Source: Myxococcota bacterium (GTDB taxonomy: Bacteria; Myxococcota_C; UBA6777). Taken from it: 33,327 nucleotides of DNA. The stretch lies in NCBI GenBank assembly GCA_023150835.1, contig JAKLKB010000072.1:1-33327 (forward strand), written 5' to 3'. Below are positions 26,318-33,327 of the stretch, one piece after another; within the stretch, counting starts at the first letter, position 1, and every line of letters starts with the position of its first letter. Below the pieces are notes generated by a model. It was not told the DNA's origin. It did not search any database and saw nothing but the letters and a program-made list of their open reading frames with translations. Made by a program: the position numbers and the translations under genes.

Positions 26318-27178
26318 ATGGGGGCTTGGTTGTGGGTGGTTTGTTGTACCTCGGTGGTGTGGGCGGAGCCACCCTTGCCGCGAGAAAATCGCCCGCAGCG
26401 ATGGGCCGATCAGCCCGTTTTGGTCCGAAAAAAAGGCGAACGAAAGCCGCGTTCCAAAGCCCCGTCATCACGGCAGTTGCAGCGATGGTCTGCGGAGCTT
26501 GTGCGTCTGCGAACAGAAGTCGATCGCGTCTCTTCGCAGATCCGCATCGAACGGGAGCAATCGCTGTTGGCCTTGCGCGGATTGGAAAGTCGTCGGGCGC
26601 AGTTGCAGAGCATGGTGGATCAAGAGCGATTGCGATTCCAGCGGTGGATGGGGCAGGTTGAGCGATTGAAACAGCAGTTACAAAGCCGCAGCATGGCGCA
26701 ATCGGCGATCCACGACGCTTTGTTGGATGCCTTAAAAAGTGTCGAGCAAGCGATCGAAGGCAGTCTGCCTTACCGGCGCAAAGAGCGATGGGAACAAGTG
26801 CAAAAGATCCGAGTGCGGATGAAAGCGGGTCGAATCGACGCAGAACAAGGTGTTGCGGCGCTTTGGCGGATATTAGAAGACGAATTGCGTCTAACAGCAT
26901 TGGTGGAACGTGCGGAGCTTCCGCTTGAACTGCACAAAGGAAAGCCGCCGCGCCTTGTAAAAGTCGTCCGCGTCGGGATGATCGCGATGTTTGTGTTGGA
27001 AGGAAAAGGACGGTACGGTCGGATGGTTCGGGATGCGAAAGGTGGGTGGGTGTATCTCTTGGCCCGCTCACTCGAAGACAGGGAGCAGATCGCGTTGTTG
27101 TTTGAAAACCTTGAGCGACAGATCCGCGAAGGCTTGTATCGTTTGCCGCTGTTGGCTCCGAAAGGAGGGCAGCGATGA
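26318..27178 (+). CDS. DUF3450 (TtpB-like) coiled-coil periplasmic protein
   Basis: Signal ending VWA-E; coiled coil; LPYRRKER and VRVGMIAMF motifs; precedes the ExbB/TtpC-like gene. Start uncertain. Confidence 0.75.
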   Translation: MGAWLWVVCCTSVVWAEPPLPRENRPQRWADQPVLVRKKGERKPRSKAPSSRQLQRWSAELVRLRTEVDRVSSQIRIEREQSLLALRGLESRRAQLQSMVDQERLRFQRWMGQVERLKQQLQSRSMAQSAIHDALLDALKSVEQAIEGSLPYRRKERWEQVQKIRVRMKAGRIDAEQGVAALWRILEDELRLTALVERAELPLELHKGKPPRLVKVVRVGMIAMFVLEGKGRYGRMVRDAKGGWVYLLARSLEDREQIALLFENLERQIREGLYRLPLLAPKGGQR

Positions 27179-28749
27179 GAAGAGTGAAGCGGTTGAGATC
27201 GTGTGGTGGGGCGCGGCCCCACGCCCCGCAAGGGAGTGCGGCTCCCTTGACCCCGTGTAGGCGGAACGAACAGACATTTTTCAAACAAACGACGGAACCG
27301 TTTGGAATACCGAGAACACGGGGAAATTTTGTCAAAAGCGGGGCTGCGAGGACAGGCTTTTGCTTGAAAAGCGGATGGTACATCGCTTTGTGCGCATTGG
27401 TTTTCTCTCCGATGCGCGCTCGTGCCGAAGAGAAGGGTATCTTGCCTTCTTTTGAACAAAGCTATCGACAAGAAAAACGAGAACTAGAACAGACCCTTGC
27501 AAGCATGAAAGAAACGTTGCGCCAAGTCCAACAGGATGGAACACAGCGTAGGCTCCGATTAGAAGGACAGATCCGCCAATTGACAGGCGAGATGACGGGA
27601 CTGCGAAAAAAAGCCGAAGAGATGGAAGATCGTCTGCAAGGACTCAAGCAGCGTTGGTCTTCTGTGCGCGAATACAAGGAGCTTTTGAAGGGTACGTTGC
27701 AGATGGGGACTCGCACCCTACGCGAAGAGATCCCAAGTTTGCGTCTTGAAGGAGAAACACCGCAACAGATCCGCAAGTTGTTCGCAGAGGGAGCGCAGTA
27801 TCTACGGCAACGGGCTTCGGTGCATGAGACCTCGGGTGACTTTTTCGATCTAGAGGGGCATCAAGTCCGAGGTCGGATCGTACATGTGGGCGAGATCGCA
27901 GCGTTGGGTGTCGGCGGCGGAAAGGCGGGGGTATTGCGCCGATTGTCGGGGGGCGGCCTGCGGCTGATCCCCCCACAGGAAGGGCATATCGAAGCAGCCA
28001 AGTCTTTGGTGGTGGGGCGCTTGATGGAGAGGATTCCTGTCTATCTGTTTGATCCATTGAGCAAAAGTGGAGATCCTGCTCCTGTTCGGACAGCGTTGGC
28101 GACCGTCGAAGCGGGTGGGCCGATCGCTTGGGTGATCTTGGTGTTGGGGATGTTTGGGGTGTTGTTGTTGTTGGAGCGCTTGTGGACACTTTCACGCGAA
28201 ACGGTGGGACGAGAGACCCGATGGGAAGAAGTCTTGGGGTGGGTGCGTGTAGGGCAGACAGAGAAAGCGTTAAAGTCTGTGCGTCGGATGGGACTGGCTG
28301 GACCTGTCTTGGGCGTGTTGATCGAGGAGCGCGAGCGGTCGCGGGAGGTCTTAGAACAGCGGGCAAGTGAGGCGTTGTTGGAGCAGATGCCGCTGCTGGA
28401 GCGTTCGACGGCGTTGTTGGGGGTGTTGGTGACGGTGGCTCCGCTGCTTGGGCTTTTGGGGACAGTAACAGGGATGATCTCGACCTTCGATGTGATCACC
28501 ACACACGGAACAGGAAACCCGCGACTGCTCTCTCAAGGGATCTCGGAAGCGCTCATCACAACGGAGCTTGGACTGGCGGTCGCGATCCCGCTGCTGTTGG
28601 CCAAAAGCTTTTTTGTGCGGTGGGCGGATCGGCTTTTGGAAACAACGCAACGAAGGTCGTTGGCTTTGCTTTATACACTAAAAGGCATCGAAGAAGCGCA
28701 TCCATCGGACGAACCAGAAGACAAGAGGAACTCGGATGTTCTGGCGTGA
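27175..28749 (+). CDS. TtpC-like long MotA/TolQ/ExbB proton-channel protein
   Basis: AAGGAGG RBS with ATGA overlap; coiled-coil periplasmic region; APLLGLLGTVTGMISTF and GISEALITTELGLAVAIP. Confidence 0.9.
   Translation: MRRVKRLRSCGGARPHAPQGSAAPLTPCRRNEQTFFKQTTEPFGIPRTRGNFVKSGAARTGFCLKSGWYIALCALVFSPMRARAEEKGILPSFEQSYRQEKRELEQTLASMKETLRQVQQDGTQRRLRLEGQIRQLTGEMTGLRKKAEEMEDRLQGLKQRWSSVREYKELLKGTLQMGTRTLREEIPSLRLEGETPQQIRKLFAEGAQYLRQRASVHETSGDFFDLEGHQVRGRIVHVGEIAALGVGGGKAGVLRRLSGGGLRLIPPQEGHIEAAKSLVVGRLMERIPVYLFDPLSKSGDPAPVRTALATVEAGGPIAWVILVLGMFGVLLLLERLWTLSRETVGRETRWEEVLGWVRVGQTEKALKSVRRMGLAGPVLGVLIEERERSREVLEQRASEALLEQMPLLERSTALLGVLVTVAPLLGLLGTVTGMISTFDVITTHGTGNPRLLSQGISEALITTELGLAVAIPLLLAKSFFVRWADRLLETTQRRSLALLYTLKGIEEAHPSDEPEDKRNSDVLA
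27203..27331 (+). repeat. ~130-bp structured dispersed repeat, copy F (in frame in the TtpC-like N-terminus)
   Basis: GTGGGGCGCGGCCCCACGCCCCGCAAGGGAGTGCGGCTCCCTTGACCCCGTGT...GAACACGGGG. Confidence 0.86.
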
Positions 28750-28825
28750 TCAAGAATACCGGTATGGCGCAAACCATAAGCAGGTCGAGGTCGCGCACAG
28801 CATGGCGCGATGGAGGGTGTAGCCG

Positions 28826-29347
28826 ATGCTCGGAGGTTGGGAAAGCAACGCGATCTTGCGGATGATGTGGGCGGGTGGATGGATGATGTGGCCGCTGGCG
28901 TTTGTGGGAGTATGGGTGTTGTATCTGCTGCTGCTGCGAAGCCTTGAGCTGTGGCAAGTCTGGTGGTGGATGAACAGATGGATCACCGAAAAACCCCGTT
29001 CGGGCGGTGAAGTGGAACGAAAGATGGCGCTTGTCGAGTGGCGGATGACGCTGATGCGGATACCCGTCTTGACGCAAACCCTGATCTCCTCAGCCCCGTT
29101 GATGGGGTTATTGGGAACGGTCAGCGGGATGATCACCACCTTTGAGGCGTTGGCGGATGGCGCATTGCACCAGCCTTCGGGCGGTATCGCAGGTGGGATC
29201 GCACAGGCATTGTTGACAACGCAGTTGGGCTTGAGCATCGCGCTACCTGCTTTGTTGTGGCAGCAATTGTTGGGGCGTTGGGCCTCGCGTTTGGTGTACC
29301 GATTGGGCGCGCTGCAGATCACGAAAATAGCGGCATCTTCGCGGTGA
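28826..29347 (+). CDS. exbB: ExbB/MotA/TolQ family protein
   Basis: GGAGG RBS; GGWMMWPL, APLMGLLGTVSGMI.TF, GIAQALLTTQLGL. Confidence 0.9.
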   Translation: MLGGWESNAILRMMWAGGWMMWPLAFVGVWVLYLLLLRSLELWQVWWWMNRWITEKPRSGGEVERKMALVEWRMTLMRIPVLTQTLISSAPLMGLLGTVSGMITTFEALADGALHQPSGGIAGGIAQALLTTQLGLSIALPALLWQQLLGRWASRLVYRLGALQITKIAASSR

Positions 29348-29400
29348 TGGATGGTACGATATCCGAGAGATCTGTGATCGCAGGATGGATGCGTTCCGCC

Positions 29401-29440
29401 GTAGACGCCCTGTTCTTGGGCAGCAACAGGGGGCCCCTAC
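29401..29440 (-). repeat. GTAG-family REP-like element (internally shortened)
   Basis: Plus strand GTAGACGCCCTGTTCTTGGGCAGCAACAGGGGGCCCCTAC, close to the 12268 copy; lies between exbB and exbD. Confidence 0.72.
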
Positions 29441-29524
29441 ACATTGCGATTGCACGTTGAGCGGATGATTCGGAGGATTTCGATGGGCCTGAGAGCTTTG
29501 GATTCGGAGGATTGGAGGTGATGG

Positions 29525-29938
29525 GTGTTGCGATTGGGAGAGGTGCGTCGATCTTCGGCATCGCAAGAAGGCATTGATATTGGGCCATTGATCGATATCG
29601 TCTTTATTTTGCTGATCTTTTTTATGGTGAGTACAACCTTTTCGCGGAATCTCGAAGTGCCGCTGGAGCGCCCAAGTGCGAAAAGCGCCAAGAACGCGGA
29701 TACACGGTCGATTCGGATCACGCTAACACGAGAAGGAAATCTGTTTTTGGAGGGAAGCCCTTTGCAACCTTGGATGCTGCAAGATCGCGTGCGTCAGCTT
29801 CTGCAATCGGGACCGAGCCGCCCTGTCTTGATCTCTACGGATAAACGGGCCGAATCAGGCTTGCTGATCGAGTCTGTCGATCAATGCCGATTGGCGGGGG
29901 CAAAGCACGTCGCTGTCGAAACCGAAAAAGCCCGATAG
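29525..29938 (+). CDS. exbD: ExbD/TolR biopolymer transport protein
   Basis: GGAGGT RBS; IDIGPLIDIVFILLIFFMVSTTF, P.A, D.C.LAGA. Confidence 0.92.
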   Translation: MLRLGEVRRSSASQEGIDIGPLIDIVFILLIFFMVSTTFSRNLEVPLERPSAKSAKNADTRSIRITLTREGNLFLEGSPLQPWMLQDRVRQLLQSGPSRPVLISTDKRAESGLLIESVDQCRLAGAKHVAVETEKAR

Positions 29939-29948
29939 AGGAGAGCCG

Positions 29949-30638
29949 ATGTTGTGTTGGAAGCACCACCTTGCAGCTTTTTTGATCGCGTGTGGGTTGA
30001 ATGGGATGTTGTTGTGGGTGATGACATGGCTGCATCGGCCTTTGGATGCAACACCGGCGGTGATTACAAAGACCGTCCCACCGGCGTTTGCAAAGGTGCG
30101 CCTGTCTCCTCCGCAAGAAGCTCTCCCCACCACTCCCACTCTCGAAAACAAGGGGTCGTCTGCTCCTGCCCCTTCGTTGTTGCCAGCGCTTGCGCTTCCC
30201 TCGGCGATCCCGCTTCCTCATGTCTCTTCGCTCTCGCAAGAAGAACACGACCCTCTTTTGCATCCGAGCCGTCGGGGCGAATCCGCAAACGGTCGCGGAG
30301 TAGGTCGAAGCGGTCAAGGTGTCGGTGGTGCGAAAGGAACGTCGTTGATCTTGACCGAAGCGATGATCGATCGGCCTGTTCGGATCTTGGTGCGCATCCC
30401 GCCCAATTATCCGCCACACGCAGAAACCAGCAACATCGAAGGCGAAGTGCAGATGCGCTTGTTGGTAGGTTTGGCGGGAGAGGTAGAGCGCGTCGAGATC
30501 GTCGAAAGCCGTCCCACACGGGTCTTTGATAACGCAGCACGCATCGCTGCGCAACAATGGCGGTTTGAAGCTGCACGTTTTCGTGGTACACCTGTTCGCG
30601 TCTGGGTGCGCCAACGTCTTGCTTTTCGCTTGCGTTGA
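29949..30638 (+). CDS. tonB: Energy transducer TonB
   Basis: N-terminal TM helix, Pro-rich linker, PNYPPHA...IEGEV...VFDNAA..AAQQWRF. Confidence 0.92.
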   Translation: MLCWKHHLAAFLIACGLNGMLLWVMTWLHRPLDATPAVITKTVPPAFAKVRLSPPQEALPTTPTLENKGSSAPAPSLLPALALPSAIPLPHVSSLSQEEHDPLLHPSRRGESANGRGVGRSGQGVGGAKGTSLILTEAMIDRPVRILVRIPPNYPPHAETSNIEGEVQMRLLVGLAGEVERVEIVESRPTRVFDNAARIAAQQWRFEAARFRGTPVRVWVRQRLAFRLR

Positions 30639-30673
30639 GACGTGTTGCAAACCAATCGTTTCGGAGCGAAAAA

Positions 30674-31615
30674 ATGCCAAAATTGACCGACATTCTTTGT
30701 TTTGGGCTGACACTTGTGATTTTTTGCTTATCGCATCGCCCGCTGTTTGCGTGCTCTTGCATAGAAAGGCGTAGAACGACGCAAGAAGGGTGGGGAGCCT
30801 ATGCGATTCCAAGCGACGGTCAGAAAAATGTTCCATGCAACCCCCTTTTCATCCTCCGCTCCTCGCGTCTTTGGGGATGGTCTATCGCAACAGCGAGTTC
30901 TTCCCACACAACGGAAAAATACAACAGCGTGATCGAACTCCGTTCTGGGCAAACGATGGTTCCCTTGCGTCAGTCAGCCTCTTTTGCAGAAAATGACACG
31001 ACTTCTTTTTTTCGGGCCGTCCAACAGCTTCAACCCCGCAGCCGATATCAACTTGTACTGACGCTTCGTTCGATTGATGCTCCGACGAAATCTCGAACAA
31101 AGAGCCTTTCTTTCTGGACAGGAGCTTGCAAAAAAGTACGCCCCAAAAAAGCGCCTCTTGCACAACTTTATTCGGGAAAGATCTTCGTTGGCGAATCGAT
31201 CCCTCCCGGCCCAAGTTGCGGAACAGGGCACGCGTTTGTAAGCTTGCGACTCCACTCTGCAAGAAAGACGCGATTTCGACCGGTTATCCATGCGATCTAC
31301 GTGACCAAAACCAACAAAGCCTCCGAATGGAACAAGCTCCCTCCCTTGAAGCTGAATTTCAAGAAGCCCTCCACCGTTTCACCCGTCCAAAAGCAATACA
31401 GTGATACCGTTCAAGAAAAATGGCCTGTCGCTTATGTTTTCGGATCTCAAGAACTCGGATTTGGACGTCGAAGTTATTGCGATGATAGAAGTTCAGCCGA
31501 TGCCTTGCCGTCGGGACAACATCTTCGCTTTGTCATCGAATCCATCGACATCGAAGGGAATCGCTCAAAACCTCGATTGTCTCGATCTTTCTGGGTGCCA
31601 CAAAGATTTCGATAA
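30674..31615 (+). CDS. Exported hypothetical protein, possible Ig-like (Big_5-type) domain
   Basis: GGAG RBS; signal ending LFA-CSC; PSDGQKNVPCN and LQPRSRYQL resemble Big_5; terminal SIDIEGNRS; appears more AT-rich. Confidence 0.65.
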   Translation: MPKLTDILCFGLTLVIFCLSHRPLFACSCIERRRTTQEGWGAYAIPSDGQKNVPCNPLFILRSSRLWGWSIATASSSHTTEKYNSVIELRSGQTMVPLRQSASFAENDTTSFFRAVQQLQPRSRYQLVLTLRSIDAPTKSRTKSLSFWTGACKKVRPKKAPLAQLYSGKIFVGESIPPGPSCGTGHAFVSLRLHSARKTRFRPVIHAIYVTKTNKASEWNKLPPLKLNFKKPSTVSPVQKQYSDTVQEKWPVAYVFGSQELGFGRRSYCDDRSSADALPSGQHLRFVIESIDIEGNRSKPRLSRSFWVPQRFR

Positions 31616-31691
31616 GATTATTCAAAAAAATCGTACGATCAGGATGGACAGGGTGAGTTCAACGAATCGATCAGGATACCGACTTTTTTCC

Positions 31692-33023
31692 ATGCAGCGA
31701 TCTCGCTCTCTTTGCAAACGAGTTTTGAGCGGAGGGATGGGGCTTTGGATCGCGTTGGTATTGAGCGGCTACACATGGAAAGGCAAAGGCAAGCCACCCA
31801 ACGAACAAGCTCCGCCACCCTACCTGTTGTTGGCGCGTCAAGCCCTGCAATCTCGCGATACCAAGGCCGCCCAACGTGTTCTCGAAGCTGCGCGACTTTG
31901 TTGGTCCAAACACAAACAAGCCTGCGGTTTTTCAAGGCAGAACTACTTGATCACAGCAGGCATCTTCTTGTTGGAAAGCGGCCAGCCTCAACGAGCGATC
32001 GCCTTGTTCCAAGAGGCCCAAACCATCGCAGCGCTCCTACCAAAGCAAGATATCTCGAACTTTTTTCATCCAAAATCCCTATCCTCAAAGCAAAAAAACA
32101 CGCGAGACAAAGAGTCAAAAGAACGTCCTACACAAGAAGAACAGCGTTACACCGCGCTGTCTTTGTGGTTTTATCTCGGGCAAGCCTTGTATCGCGTGGG
32201 TCGTTTTCGTGAATCAGCCGAGGCGCTAGAGCATGCCGAGGGCTTGGGACGAGGTATCTCGGGCTTTTATCGCTTGTGGTCGCGTGCATGGTCGCGTGCA
32301 GGAAAAGTCGAGCGCGCCCGCCAGATCCTCGAAAAGGGGCTGAGATGTTCTCCGCAAGATATCGGCCTTTTACGCGAAGCTGTCGTGTTGTACGCAGAGG
32401 CTGGTTTTTTCCAAGCTGCGACACAGACCGCCCAGAAGCTTGCACGCCTCAACGAAGCCGAGGGCGCACAAACGTGGCTGATGTTGTTGGATCGGATGCG
32501 TACCACCTCAGCAAGCCCGCAGCGACTGGAGTTGCTCGAAGCCTTGCGCCTGCGTTTCCCCCGCAACGACGGGATCTTGGTGCGGCGTTGTGTGGCTTGG
32601 GCAACTTCGCAAGCGCATCGCGCCGCAGCAGCTTGTTTTGCACAGATGGCCCACAAGATGCCTGAGATGGCCTATTATGCGGCAGCAGCGTACCTCCAAG
32701 CAGGGGATCTCTTTCAGGCCCTACGCTGGAACCAACACGTCCCCTCCGAACCACAGCGCACACGACAACGTGCGGCCTTGTGGTTGTCCCAACGCGCCTA
32801 CGCACAAGTCTTCGCCCTACTCTGGCCGATGTGGGAGAAACGCAAACTCCAAGAAGTCGAACGCTATCGACTGGCCTATTCAGCCCTACAGATCGGGCGC
32901 TACAAAGAAGCAAGTGCCCTGCTACAATCCTTGCGCAAAACTCCGATGGGTGCGATGGGACAAGGACTGGAAGCCGTCTTGGTACAATGCCAACAGGCTC
33001 CTTGGTTGTGCGTTGCGCATTAA
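31692..33023 (+). CDS. TPR-repeat protein (TtpD-like)
   Basis: TM/signal segment, then helical repeats such as WFYLGQALYRVGRFRESAEALE and YRLAYSALQIGRYKEA. Start may be 31644. Confidence 0.8.
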   Translation: MQRSRSLCKRVLSGGMGLWIALVLSGYTWKGKGKPPNEQAPPPYLLLARQALQSRDTKAAQRVLEAARLCWSKHKQACGFSRQNYLITAGIFLLESGQPQRAIALFQEAQTIAALLPKQDISNFFHPKSLSSKQKNTRDKESKERPTQEEQRYTALSLWFYLGQALYRVGRFRESAEALEHAEGLGRGISGFYRLWSRAWSRAGKVERARQILEKGLRCSPQDIGLLREAVVLYAEAGFFQAATQTAQKLARLNEAEGAQTWLMLLDRMRTTSASPQRLELLEALRLRFPRNDGILVRRCVAWATSQAHRAAAACFAQMAHKMPEMAYYAAAAYLQAGDLFQALRWNQHVPSEPQRTRQRAALWLSQRAYAQVFALLWPMWEKRKLQEVERYRLAYSALQIGRYKEASALLQSLRKTPMGAMGQGLEAVLVQCQQAPWLCVAH

Positions 33024-33111
33024 AAGAGAAGAAGTTGCAACCAAGACGTTTCTCGTAAGCCAGTCATCTGGTCCGTCATACGAAATCCGCCCATAGTGTT
33101 ACCGTAACGGT

Positions 33112-33263
33112 GTAGGGGCAGCCACACCTGTCACTTGGACCAACTCATGCCATTCGTTTGCGATCATCATTCCTACAATATCCGTCGAAAGCGTATCCAT
33201 AAGCGTCGATGCGGTTTGTTGTAAACGCCCTGTGATTGGGCAGCCACACCTGTCTGCCCCTAC
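33112..33263. repeat. Inverted pair of GTAG-family REP-like elements (REPIN-like)
   Basis: GTAGGGGCAGCCACACCTGTC at 33112 and GGGCAGCCACACCTGTCTGCCCCTAC ending at 33263. Confidence 0.7.
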
Positions 33264-33327
33264 TTTTTCACGTACTTCACGGACGGAACTCGTAGAAACT
33301 GTTTGCTTTGAAAAAAGCAGCCGTCAA

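Noticed and set aside
31401-31643. Upstream extension of the TPR ORF
   Set aside because: Overlaps the preceding gene by over 200 bp and precedes the signal/TM segment.
2166-33096. Many 60-350 aa antisense or alternate-frame ORFs in the track (e.g. 2166-2777, 3170-3979, 26316-27383, 29835-30836)
   Set aside because: Shadows of well-supported genes, with no recognisable motifs or RBS.
1-33327. tRNA, rRNA, integron attC array, retron or RT genes
   Set aside because: None recognised. The ~130-bp repeat lacks attC-type RYYYAAC/GTTRRRY ends, and no integrase or RT is in the window.

Overview
Bacterial window, probably from a Myxococcota-like organism (MYXO-CTERM-like tail, MxcH-like receptor). 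From left to right it contains: an IS607-family element (tnpA serine recombinase + tnpB) whose right end appears to lie at about position 1; a bufferin-type RiPP cluster (BufA2-like precursor with a lipobox, DUF692/MNIO enzyme, DUF2063 partner with an unusual His-rich repeat extension); a repeat-packed convergent intergenic region; a trypsin-like lipoprotein; a DUF4365 nuclease gene interrupted by one TAG plus its coupled partner; an EF-hand/YkuD-like protein; ybaK; an RluA-family pseudouridine synthase; a DUF3089 hydrolase; an acyltransferase-3; an oxidoreductase-ECF41 (SigJ) pair with a near-consensus promoter; and a ~13 kb probable metal-uptake operon (His-rich APKQSPP leader ORF, TonB-dependent receptor, three probable lipoproteins, DUF3450-TtpC-ExbB-ExbD-TonB-TPR). 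The main unexplained structure is a ~130-bp three-stem element with compensatory changes, present six times: twice potentially translated in frame within protein N-termini, and twice as inverted pairs enclosing ~0.93-0.95 kb. GTAG-type REPs and tandem duplications anchored on stop codons also recur. All family calls come from recognising motifs by eye; no database searches were run.
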